Assembly: GCA_947503365.1 (NCBI GenBank)
Contig: CANNDT010000010.1
Location: forward strand, 5,588-69,587
Length of the DNA: 64,000 nt
Direction: 5' to 3'
Source of the DNA: Acidobacteriota bacterium
Lineage (GTDB): Bacteria > Acidobacteriota > Vicinamibacteria > Vicinamibacterales > UBA2999
Positions 1 to 8,993 of this stretch are shown piece by piece. The position numbers and the translations under genes are program-made. Under the pieces are notes generated by a model. It had not been told where the DNA came from and searched no databases. It saw nothing but the letters and a program-made list of their open reading frames with translations. Each line of letters opens with the position of its first letter. Position 1 is the first letter of the stretch.

Positions 1-1
1 G

Positions 2-238
2 GCCGACGGGACGCGGTTCACCGCCACGCTCATCCAGGCGGCGCCGACCGAACTGCTGGTCCAGCCGCGCACCCGCGTCCCGGTGCCCGTGCAGCGCGTG
101 CCCTACGAGGCCATTGTGTCGCTCGAACGCGACGAGGCGCGGGGGATGGGCGCCGGCAAGGCGGTGGCCATTGGTGTGGCGTCGGGCGTCGGCGCATTCC
201 TGGGCACATTGCTCCTGCTGATTGCGACGATCGATTAG
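2..238 (+). CDS. 3' end of a hypothetical protein with a C-terminal glycine-zipper/TM anchor (partial, begins upstream of the window)
   Basis: Frame is open from the window edge to TAG at 236-238. It ends ...[29 protein letters not shown]. It is absent from the ORF track because there is no start codon in the window. Confidence 0.3.
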   Translation, partial: ADGTRFTATLIQAAPTELLVQPRTRVPVPVQRVPYEAIVSLERDEARGMGAGKAVAIGVASGVGAFLGTLLLLIATID

Positions 239-294
239 GGGTCAGCTATAATCTGACGTTTGTTTCCTCTAACCCTCGCCCAGCACTAGGAGCC

Positions 295-1512
295 ATGGCC
301 AAAATCAAGGTCAAGAACCCCGTCGTCGAGATGGACGGCGATGAGATGACGCGAATCATCTGGCAGAAGATTCGCGAGCAGCTCATCCTTCCGTATCTGG
401 ACATCGACCTCAAGTACTTCGACCTCGGCATCGAGGCGCGCGACCGGACGGACGATCAGATCACGGTCGACGCGGCCAACGCCACGTTGAAGTACGGCGT
501 CGCGGTGAAGTGCGCGACGATCACGCCCGACGAGGCGAGGGTCAAGGAATTCGGCCTGAAGCAGATGTACCGCTCGCCGAACGGCACCATCCGCAACATC
601 CTGGATGGGACGATCTTCCGCGAGCCGATCATCTGCCGCAACGTCCCGCGCATCGTGCCGCACTGGGACAAGCCGGTAGTGGTCGCCCGTCATGGCTTCG
701 GCGACCAGTATCGCGCGCAGGACTTCCACTTTCCGTCGGCAGGCACGCTCAAGATGAGCTGGACGCCGGCCAATGGCGGAGAGCCGATCGAACGTGAGGT
801 CATCAAGGCGCCCGGCAGCGGAATCATGCTCGGCATGTTCAATCTCGACGCGTCGATCGAAGGGTTCGCCCGCGCCTGCTTTACCTATGGCCTCGGACGC
901 AACTACCCGGTCTATCTCTCAACCAAGAACACCATCCTCAAGGTCTACGACGGCACCTTCAAGAACACGTTCGAGCGCGTGTTCGAAACCGAGTTCCGCG
1001 CGAAGTTCGAAGCGAAGAAGCTGACCTACGAGCACCGCCTGATCGACGACATGGTGGCGGCCAGCCTCAAGTGGAGCGGCGGTTATCTCTGGGCCTGCAA
1101 GAACTACGACGGCGACGTGCAGTCGGACACGGTCGCGCAGGGCTACGGTTCACTCGGCCTGATGACATCGGTGCTGATGGCACCCGACGGCAAGACCGTC
1201 GAAGCGGAAGCCGCGCACGGGACGGTGACGCGTCACTACCGGATGCACCAGCAGGGCAAGCCGACGTCGACCAACCCGATCGCCTCGATCTACGCCTGGA
1301 CGCGCGGTCTGCAGTACCGCGGTCAGTTCGATGGCACGCCCGAAGTCGTGGCCTTCGCCGACACCCTCGAGAAAGTCTGCGTGGACGTCGTCGAATCGGG
1401 ACGGATGACGAAGGACCTCGCGCTCCTCGTGGGCGCCGATCATCCCTTCCTCACGACCGAGGAGTTCATGGATGCGATCAACAGCGAGTTGAAGAAGCGC
1501 ATGGGGATGTAG
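295..1512 (+). CDS. icd: NADP-dependent isocitrate dehydrogenase (about 405 aa, eukaryote-like type II)
   Basis: N-terminus [23 protein letters not shown], plus TITPDE and [13 protein letters not shown] motifs. AGGAG lies just upstream and TATAAT is at 247-252. Confidence 0.93.
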   Translation: MAKIKVKNPVVEMDGDEMTRIIWQKIREQLILPYLDIDLKYFDLGIEARDRTDDQITVDAANATLKYGVAVKCATITPDEARVKEFGLKQMYRSPNGTIRNILDGTIFREPIICRNVPRIVPHWDKPVVVARHGFGDQYRAQDFHFPSAGTLKMSWTPANGGEPIEREVIKAPGSGIMLGMFNLDASIEGFARACFTYGLGRNYPVYLSTKNTILKVYDGTFKNTFERVFETEFRAKFEAKKLTYEHRLIDDMVAASLKWSGGYLWACKNYDGDVQSDTVAQGYGSLGLMTSVLMAPDGKTVEAEAAHGTVTRHYRMHQQGKPTSTNPIASIYAWTRGLQYRGQFDGTPEVVAFADTLEKVCVDVVESGRMTKDLALLVGADHPFLTTEEFMDAINSELKKRMGM

Positions 1513-1545
1513 GAGGCACGCCTGCCACCGCTTGTAGCCGTCGTC

Positions 1546-2000
<455 letters not shown>

Positions 2001-2004
<4 letters not shown>

Positions 2005-3137
2005 GCCGGGTGATCGGTCCGGGTGCCGCGCTTGGGGTGCTGGGAAGCGGTCAGCTTGGCCGCATGTTCGCTCTTGCCGCGCGGCGCATGGGCTACCGCG
2101 TCCACACGTTCTCTCCGGAAGAAGATTCGCCAACCGGCCAGGTCGCCGATCTCGAAGTCACCGCTCCCTACGAGGATCTCGATGCGCTGCGCACGTTTGC
2201 GGGCGGCGTCGAGGTCGTGACGTTCGAGTTCGAGAACGTGCCCAGCGAGGCGGTTGACGCCATCGAGGCGCTGGCGCCTGTGCGGCCCTCCGGCGTGGCG
2301 CTGCACACGGCGCAGGAACGGGCGCGGGAGAAAACGTTTCTCGCCGACCGCGGTATTCCGACGGCACCCTTCGCGCGCGCCGCGACGCTCGACGAACTAT
2401 GGGAGGCGGTGGCGCGCGTCGGCACGCCCGCCGTGATCAAGACCGCGGCGTTCGGCTATGACGGCAAGGGCCAGCACAAGGTCACGACACCCGCCGACAT
2501 CGAGCACATCTGGACGGCCATCGGCCACCAGGAGGCCGTGGTCGAGAAATTCATCAGCCTGCAGGCGGAGATCTCGGTGGTGGCCGCCCGCGGCGCCACG
2601 GGCGAGGTGGCCGAGTACATTCCGTTCGAGAATCGGCACCGCAACCACATCCTCGACGTGACAACGGTGCCAGCGGCGATCCCGCCGGCGATCGCCGCGC
2701 AGGCTGCGGAGATCACCAGGGAGATCCTGCGTGGGCTGCAGTACGTCGGCGTCCTCTGCGTGGAGTTCTTCCTGAGCACCGACGGGGAGCTGCTCGTGAA
2801 CGAGATCGCGCCGCGGCCCCACAACTCAGGCCATCTCACCATCGATGCCGCGTTGACCAGTCAGTTCGAGCAGCAGGTGCGGGCGATCTGCGGGCTGCCG
2901 CTCGGGTCACCGGAGATCCCGCGGCCCGCGGCGATGGCCAACCTGCTCGGCGAGCTCTGGGTTGACGGCGAGCCGAACTGGGCGGCGGCCTGCCGCTTCA
3001 CCGACGTCAAGCTGCACCTCTACGGAAAGACCGACCCGCGTCCAGGTCGCAAGATGGGACACCTCACGGCGGTCGCCCGAACGGTGGAGGAAGCCCAGGA
3101 TCGCGTGCTCGCGGCGCGGGATGCGTTGCTGATCTGA
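2001..3137 (+). CDS. purK: N5-carboxyaminoimidazole ribonucleotide synthase (ATP-grasp)
   Basis: [26 protein letters not shown] and [12 protein letters not shown] motifs. The GTG start overlaps the purE stop (GTGA). Confidence 0.9.
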
Positions 3138-3164
3138 AACCCACTTCGAGTTTCACGATCACGG

Positions 3165-3229
3165 GCCACAGAGACGCAGAGTCACAGAGAGAAAGCTTAG
3201 AAACCTCTGTGTCTCTGTGACTCTGTGGC
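3165..3229. repeat. Imperfect inverted array of NCACAGAG octamers (long hairpin) between convergent genes
   Basis: Left arm GCCACAGAG-ACGCAGAG-TCACAGAG. Right arm CTCTGTGT-CTCTGTGA-CTCTGTGGC. The outer 9 bp are perfectly complementary and the loop is about 13 nt. Confidence 0.6.
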
Positions 3230-3241
3230 TAGGTCAAGGTG

Positions 3242-3268
3242 AAAAAGCGCGCGAGCCTGGCGCGTTTT
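3242..3268. terminator. Candidate bidirectional intrinsic terminator (purK / acylase)
   Basis: AAAAAG-CGCGC-GAGCCTG-GCGCG-TTTT. A 5-bp GC stem is flanked by an A-run and a T-run, so a U-tract follows the stem on both strands. The stem is short. Confidence 0.4.
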
Positions 3269-3376
3269 CCAGACGTACGGATGGAATCTGGTCTGGCTAG
3301 AGGTCGAGGCTTTCCGCACGCAAAGCAGAAGTGCATCCATTTACCGACCGTCTGGCCGATGCGCACGGTATTCCGC

Positions 3377-5833
3377 CTAGGGCGTGAGCGTGAGTGCGTG
3401 TAGAGCTTGACCTGGAAGAAATGGCGTCGCTTCGCCGCTGGCCCACGCGGCATGCGAGTTCGCGTAGAAGGGCGAGAGCGGATGGCCGCTCTGGCCGGTC
3501 GGCATGTGCATGATGCCCTCGGCTTCGCGACCTGGTGAGACGATCACGCGCTCGGAGGCGCCGATGTTGCCCCACTGCACGCGCGGCGTATAGAGATCGC
3601 CCGGCAGCGGCAGGCGCGGCATGTCGAGCCAGCGGGCGGCGAAAGGAATTGCCGCCGACAGTGGATGCCGATACGCCACGACGTTGTACTCCGACCAGGG
3701 GTGCGCCCCGAGATCGTCAGGGCCTTCACGCGTCGCCTGCTCAATGGTGGCGTCGGCCGCCGCGAGCAGCAACTCCGGCCATGAGTCGTACTGCGGATCC
3801 AATAGATGCTGCGGCTGCTCCGTGACCAGCTTCCAGATCGACGCCTCACGGCGGCGAATGTTGGTGTAGTCAAAGCCACGATCGGCGTCGTAGCACTCGG
3901 AGAGCACGAAGCCCATCACTCGCTCGGACACCCTGTCGCGGAATGCGCGCGTGAACCGGTACGCGGCGGAATCGGGCGCGGCCTCGCCGGTCCATCGATG
4001 CTCGATGATGTCCTTGAGCGACGCGCGCGTGGGGTTTCCAGTGACTGCCGCGGTCGTCAGGGTCTTCACGAGCAGGTCGCGCCACCGCGCCAGGAACTCG
4101 GCCCGCGTGTCGAGCTGGATCGCGAGGAGGTCGGTCTTCGTGAAGCGGTCCCGGGCGGCGAGTCGATCGCGAATGATGTGCGCACGCGCCCCGATCTCGT
4201 AGCCGGCGTCGCCGAGGACGGCGAGCATCTGCCCATCGACGACGCGCGCGTTCGCGGTCCAGATCCGTCCACCTGGCGGGTCGATGATCCGCGGGTACTC
4301 GGCATCGTTCAGCCATCCGTCCCATCCTGTGGCTCCGTCCGCCCAGGACGCAGGCAGTTGGCCGTCGATCCCCACCCGCCGCGGGATCGAGCCGTAGACG
4401 CTCCAGCCGATCCGGCCCGAGCGATCGGCGGCGACGATGTTCTGCCCCGGCGTTCCGAGCCCGTTCGCGGTCGCGAACACTTCTTCCAGCGTTCGGTCGC
4501 CCTCAAACGGCAGGACCGACGCGGCCAGGCGGTCGGCGGCATGCGCTACCCACCGGAACGCACGCATCCGCCCACGATGGTCCGGTTCCATGACGGGGCC
4601 CCAGATCGTCCACAACACCTCCTGGCGCTGGTCGTCTTGCCCGGTGATCTGAAACACCTCGCTGAACCGCTCGAACTCGCGCCACCCATCAGGGGTCTTG
4701 TAGCGATTGGGCTGCGCCGGATCCGTTTCGAGGAGGACGATGTCGTTCCAGTCGGCGTAGGTGTTGGTGAAGCCCCATGCGACGTACGTATTGCTGCCGG
4801 CGACCATCGCAGGGACACCCGGCAGGCTGACGCCGTAAAGGCGATGTGGCTCCGACGGATTCGACGGATCCGGCCACTCGAACGCGGCGCGATACCACGT
4901 GTTCGGAACGCGAATGCCGAGGTGCATGTCATTGGCGAGCAGCGCCCGGCCATCGGCCGTGAGTCGTCCCGAGACCGCGAAGTTATTGCTGCCGATGGCG
5001 GCTTCGGCGGGATCTCCAACGCCCAAGCTACTCAGATCGTTGGGGTTTGGGGGTTGGGAGTTGGGAGTTGATCTCCCCGTCCGCCGGGCCCTCAGGTCGT
5101 ACACATCGGGGCCCGGGATGGGGGGCACCATGAAGGCGGGGCCGACGATTGGCGCATCCCACTCGGATCCTTTTGGATTCAGGAACTCGAACATCCCCGG
5201 CGGCAGCACGTCGTGCATCGTCGCCAGCGTGGCCTCGTACGAGCCGTCGTCGTCCTGCAGCGTGACGAACATCGAGAGCACGACGAGAAAGGTGTCCTCG
5301 GCCCGCCAGGCTGCCGGATCCTGGCGGAGGACGCGGTATTCGAAGGGCACCGATTCGAGCGCCCGAAGTCCGGCGTTGACCCCGTCGGAATAGGCCTCGA
5401 GCACCACCCGTTGATCGGGCGGTAGCAGCGGTACGGCTCGCTGCGCTTCGGCCCGAAAGCGGTGGATGCGGATCTCGCGGTCGAGCGGGAGCGCGCGGGC
5501 GCCGACCAGTCCGGCCAGCTCGCCGGCGGCCCGGCGGCGAGCCAGGTCCATCTGAAAGAAGCGGTCCTGGGCGTGCAGAAAGCCGGTGGCCCGAGCCACA
5601 TCGGCCCGGGTTGCGCCCTCGATCGTGGGGATGCCCAGGGCATCGCGGGTGACGCGCACCGGGGCCGAGAGGCCCGGAAGCTGCCGGTTTCCATCGAGCT
5701 GCGCGAGGCTGCCGCGGAGCTCCGCCCGTGCCCAGAGCGCGGCGGCGACGGCAACGACCGCCAGCGCCAGCAGGGCATACAGGAACACGCGGAAGACCCC
5801 CTCGACTCCGCTCAGGGCAGGACGGCGCATCAT
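3377..5833 (-). CDS. Penicillin acylase family protein (Ntn hydrolase; possible acyl-homoserine-lactone/beta-lactam acylase)
   Basis: 818 aa with an N-terminal TM/signal (VFLYALLALAVVAVAAALWA). Carries DALGIPTIEG..HAQDRFFQMD alpha-subunit motifs and GSNNFAVSG, with the nucleophile Ser after a spacer peptide. Confidence 0.85.
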   Translation of the reverse strand: MMRRPALSGVEGVFRVFLYALLALAVVAVAAALWARAELRGSLAQLDGNRQLPGLSAPVRVTRDALGIPTIEGATRADVARATGFLHAQDRFFQMDLARRRAAGELAGLVGARALPLDREIRIHRFRAEAQRAVPLLPPDQRVVLEAYSDGVNAGLRALESVPFEYRVLRQDPAAWRAEDTFLVVLSMFVTLQDDDGSYEATLATMHDVLPPGMFEFLNPKGSEWDAPIVGPAFMVPPIPGPDVYDLRARRTGRSTPNSQPPNPNDLSSLGVGDPAEAAIGSNNFAVSGRLTADGRALLANDMHLGIRVPNTWYRAAFEWPDPSNPSEPHRLYGVSLPGVPAMVAGSNTYVAWGFTNTYADWNDIVLLETDPAQPNRYKTPDGWREFERFSEVFQITGQDDQRQEVLWTIWGPVMEPDHRGRMRAFRWVAHAADRLAASVLPFEGDRTLEEVFATANGLGTPGQNIVAADRSGRIGWSVYGSIPRRVGIDGQLPASWADGATGWDGWLNDAEYPRIIDPPGGRIWTANARVVDGQMLAVLGDAGYEIGARAHIIRDRLAARDRFTKTDLLAIQLDTRAEFLARWRDLLVKTLTTAAVTGNPTRASLKDIIEHRWTGEAAPDSAAYRFTRAFRDRVSERVMGFVLSECYDADRGFDYTNIRRREASIWKLVTEQPQHLLDPQYDSWPELLLAAADATIEQATREGPDDLGAHPWSEYNVVAYRHPLSAAIPFAARWLDMPRLPLPGDLYTPRVQWGNIGASERVIVSPGREAEGIMHMPTGQSGHPLSPFYANSHAAWASGEATPFLPGQALHALTLTP
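5039..5071. repeat. Imperfect tandem heptamer (G/T)TTGGG(G/A), about 4.5 copies, inside the acylase CDS
   Basis: GTTGGGG TTTGGGG GTTGGGA GTTGGGA GTTGA, flanked by AGATC / GATCT. On the minus strand it encodes ..NSQPPNPND.. in the predicted alpha/beta spacer. Confidence 0.6.
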
Positions 5834-5882
5834 CGTGTCGCTGATCTTAGATTACGATCTGACGTTTGCTCTTTGACCTGAC

Positions 5883-7124
5883 ATGAAACCCCGCTACGGC
5901 GTTTCTCCGTGGATTCACCAGTTTCCCGTCGCAAAGCGGCCTGACTATCCGCGCTTTCGGGGCGAGGCGACGGCTGACGTCGTCATCGTGGGCGGCGGGT
6001 TGACCGGCTGTGCCACGGCGCAGGCGTGCTCGGCCGCGGGCCTGAAAGTCGTCCTGCTCGAGCGGGACCGCATAGGCCAGGGCAGCAGCGGCCGCAGCCC
6101 GGGACTCCTGCTGCCCGATCCCGGCCCCGCGTTTCGAGACGTGGCGGCCGCGCATGGGTTGCGGGCGGCGCGTCACGCCTTCGAGAGCTGGAACCGAGCG
6201 TCGGCCGAGGCGGCCGCGTTGCTGCGCCGGCTGAAGGTCAAGTGCAGCGTCGAGCCCCATCCGCTGATCGTGGTGGCCGCGCGCGGAGACGAGAAGCTGT
6301 TCCGGAAGGAATACGAGGCCAGGGAAGAGGCCGGTCTCGACGTTGCGTGGCTCTCCCAGAAGCAGGTCAAGAGCGCGCTGAATATCGACGCGCTGGTCGG
6401 CGTCCGCATGCGCGACGGCTTCATGCTCGATCCGTATCGCGCGTGCCTCGGGATGGCGGACGCAGCCACGCGCCGCAAGGCCGTCGTCTTCGAGCGATCA
6501 CTGGTGAAGAAGGTTCGCCTTGCCGGGAAGCAGGTGGACATTACGACGGACGGCGGCCTGATTCACGCAGGGACCGTCATCGTCGCCACCGGCTCGGCGA
6601 CGGCGGAGTTCCGGGCGCTCCGCCGTCACTTCAAGCGGCGTGAGCTGTACCAGGTGCTGACGGCGCCCGTCGCTGCCACGGTCCGCAAGCAGATGGGTCG
6701 TCGCGACACAATCCTGCGCGACTCGCGGACGCCTCCTCACCGCCTGAGGTGGACGGCTGACATGCCCCGAGCCGAGTCGAGGGGAGAGCAGGTGCTCCTC
6801 GCCGGCGCGGACCAGGATGAGACTCCTGAGAAGCTTCGAGACGCCGTGCGCGTTCAGCGCAGCGGGCAGTTGATGTACGAACTGCTGATGACCTATCAGG
6901 CCATCTCGGGTCTCCAGCCGGCATACGGCTGGGAGACGTCGTACGGCGAAACCGCCGACGGCCTGATGTACATCGGGGCACACCGCAACTATCCGCATCA
7001 CCTGTTCGCGCTCGGCGGTGCGCGCGATTCGGTGACCGGTTCGTTTCTCGCCGCCCGCCTCCTGCTCCGCGCGCTTCAAGGCACGTCCGACACAGGCGAT
7101 CGCGTGTTCGGCTGGGCGCGATGA
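5883..7124 (+). CDS. FAD-dependent oxidoreductase (DAO/glycine-oxidase-like family)
   Basis: Rossmann motif DVVIVGGGLTGCATAQ and DAO-family length and layout. The stop overlaps the bshB1 start (ATGA). Confidence 0.8.
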   Translation: MKPRYGVSPWIHQFPVAKRPDYPRFRGEATADVVIVGGGLTGCATAQACSAAGLKVVLLERDRIGQGSSGRSPGLLLPDPGPAFRDVAAAHGLRAARHAFESWNRASAEAAALLRRLKVKCSVEPHPLIVVAARGDEKLFRKEYEAREEAGLDVAWLSQKQVKSALNIDALVGVRMRDGFMLDPYRACLGMADAATRRKAVVFERSLVKKVRLAGKQVDITTDGGLIHAGTVIVATGSATAEFRALRRHFKRRELYQVLTAPVAATVRKQMGRRDTILRDSRTPPHRLRWTADMPRAESRGEQVLLAGADQDETPEKLRDAVRVQRSGQLMYELLMTYQAISGLQPAYGWETSYGETADGLMYIGAHRNYPHHLFALGGARDSVTGSFLAARLLLRALQGTSDTGDRVFGWAR

Positions 7125-7846
7125 CCGCCGCGGTCGACCAGGTCGATCTGCTCGCCTTCGGGCCGCATCCCGACGACATCGAGATCGGCATCGGCGGGAC
7201 GGTCGCCAAACACGTGACGCTGGGGTTCCGTGTCGGCCTCTGCGATCTCACCGCCGGCGAGATGGGCAGCAACGGCACCGTCAACGGACGGCTGGTCGAA
7301 GCCGAAGCGGCACGCGGCGTCCTCGGCGCAGCCTGGCGCACGAACCTGCGGCTGCCCGATCGCGCCATCGGTAGCGATGCGTCCCATACCCGCGCGATCG
7401 CGGGACTGATTCGCCGCGCACGTCCTCGAGTGATCGCGCTGCCGTACTGGTCGGATCGGCATCCCGACCATGTCGCGGCCAGCCAGTTGTTGACCGAAGC
7501 CGTCTTCAGCGCGGGCTTGCGGCGGTACGACGCGGACGGCGACGCCTGGAAGGCGGAGTCGTCCTGCTACTACTTCATCAACGACTGGGCGCCGCCGTCA
7601 TTCGTGGTCGACGTCAGCGAGCAGTACGACACGAAGCGCCGCGCGCTTGCCTGTCATGTCAGCCAGTTCCAGCCAGGCGCTGCCGGCGCGGTCGCCACGC
7701 GCCTGACGTCGGCACGGTTTCAGCAGTTGATCGAGAGCCGCGACGCGCAGTTTGGCGCGCAGACCGGTGTCGCGTTTGCTGAAGGCTTCGTCGTGAAAGC
7801 CCCTGTCGTCCGCGCGCATCTCCTCCCCGACGCGGGCCGACCGTGA
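7121..7846 (+). CDS. bshB1: PIG-L/LmbE family deacetylase, BshB1-like (N-acetylglucosaminyl-malate deacetylase)
   Basis: FGPHPDDIEIGIGG and HPDH motifs. Translationally coupled to the downstream BshA-like GT4 gene. Confidence 0.72.
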   Translation: MTAAVDQVDLLAFGPHPDDIEIGIGGTVAKHVTLGFRVGLCDLTAGEMGSNGTVNGRLVEAEAARGVLGAAWRTNLRLPDRAIGSDASHTRAIAGLIRRARPRVIALPYWSDRHPDHVAASQLLTEAVFSAGLRRYDADGDAWKAESSCYYFINDWAPPSFVVDVSEQYDTKRRALACHVSQFQPGAAGAVATRLTSARFQQLIESRDAQFGAQTGVAFAEGFVVKAPVVRAHLLPDAGRP

Positions 7847-8979
7847 ACGTCGGCCTCGTCTGCTACGCGTCGGTCGGCGGCAGCGGCATCGTCGCCACCG
7901 AGCTCGGAAAAGCGCTCGCCACGCGCGGTCACCAGGTGCACATCATCAGCACCGACATGCCGTTCCGCCTCGGCGACTTTCATGAGGGGCTCTCGTTTCA
8001 CCAGGTGTTGACTCCCACCTATCCGCTCTTCCGCGAGCCGCAGTACCTGCTCTCCCTGGCGAACCGGATCGTCCAGGTGTCGCGCGAAGTGAGCCTCGAC
8101 ATCATCCACGCGCACTACGCCGTTCCGCACGCGACCGCGGGATTTCTCTCGCGCCAGGTGCTCGCCTCGAGCGGTTTCGGCCCCGTGCCCAAGGTCGTGA
8201 CGACGCTGCACGGCACGGACATCACGCTGGTAGGCAACGACCCGTCGTACTCGGAAATCGTCGCGTTCTCGATCGAACAGTCCGACGGCGTGACGGCGGT
8301 GTCCGAGAGCCTTCGCGCCTCCACGCAGGCCGAGCTTGGCGTCACGCGTGACATCGCGGTGATCCCGAACTTCCTCGATTGCGCGGTGCACCGCAGGGTT
8401 GTGTCGCCGGAGCTGCGCAGGCGGCTTGCGGGCGATGACGACACGAAGCTGGTCATCCACGTCTCGAACTTCCGTCCGGTGAAGCGGGTCGATGCGGTGG
8501 TGCAGATCTTCGATCGCATTCGCAAGAAAGTCGGCGCGCGCCTGCTGCTGGTTGGCGACGGCCCTGACCTCCCGACCGCGCATCGCATCGCGCGTGAGCT
8601 CGGTATCTCGCACCTCGTGCGCTCCGTCGGTGCGCAAGAGGAGGTGCAGCCGCTCCTGTCCGTGAGCGACGTGTTCCTGCTGCCATCGGCGCAGGAGAGC
8701 TTTGGGTTGGCGGCGCTCGAGGCGATGGCGTGTGAGGTGCCGGTCGTGGCGTCGCGCGTCGGCGGGCTGCCCGAGGTGATCGAGCACGGCGTCAGCGGGT
8801 TCCTGCATCCGATCGATGCGCTTGACGACATGGCAGCCAGCGCCGTGGACCTCCTGAGCAATCCTGAGCGTCACAGGCAAGTGGCGCAGGCTGCATGCCG
8901 GCGCGTCCGCGAGCACTTCTGCGCGGACCGCGTCGTCCCCATGTACGAAGAGTTCTATACTGCGGTTCTGCGTACTTGA
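7843..8979 (+). CDS. bshA: GT4 glycosyltransferase, BshA-like (N-acetyl-alpha-D-glucosaminyl L-malate synthase)
   Basis: N-terminus MNVGLVCYASVGGSGIVATELGKALATRGHQVHII and the ESFGLAALEAMACEVPVVASRVGG region. The GTG start overlaps the bshB1 stop. Confidence 0.78.
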   Translation: MNVGLVCYASVGGSGIVATELGKALATRGHQVHIISTDMPFRLGDFHEGLSFHQVLTPTYPLFREPQYLLSLANRIVQVSREVSLDIIHAHYAVPHATAGFLSRQVLASSGFGPVPKVVTTLHGTDITLVGNDPSYSEIVAFSIEQSDGVTAVSESLRASTQAELGVTRDIAVIPNFLDCAVHRRVVSPELRRRLAGDDDTKLVIHVSNFRPVKRVDAVVQIFDRIRKKVGARLLLVGDGPDLPTAHRIARELGISHLVRSVGAQEEVQPLLSVSDVFLLPSAQESFGLAALEAMACEVPVVASRVGGLPEVIEHGVSGFLHPIDALDDMAASAVDLLSNPERHRQVAQAACRRVREHFCADRVVPMYEEFYTAVLRT

Positions 8980-8993
8980 ACGGAGGCTTCACG

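Noticed and set aside
3229-3453. 74-aa ORF and a roughly 44-codon ATG ORF in the purK/acylase intergenic region, considered as a possible small protein or sRNA.
   Set aside because: The ORF overlaps the acylase 3' end, runs through the terminator and repeat hairpins, and has no SD and no recognisable features. I have no evidence for an sRNA beyond the spacing.
8895-8993. N-terminal extensions of track ORFs (8895, 13875, 20817, 22654, 24926, 25120, 28198, 31827, 34395, 37995, 39220, 45078, 52373, 58115, 60281, 62281).
   Set aside because: The extensions overlap the upstream gene or are Arg-rich junk. Downstream starts coincide with signal peptides, SD sequences or ATGA/GTGA coupling to the preceding stop, and they give family-typical N-termini.
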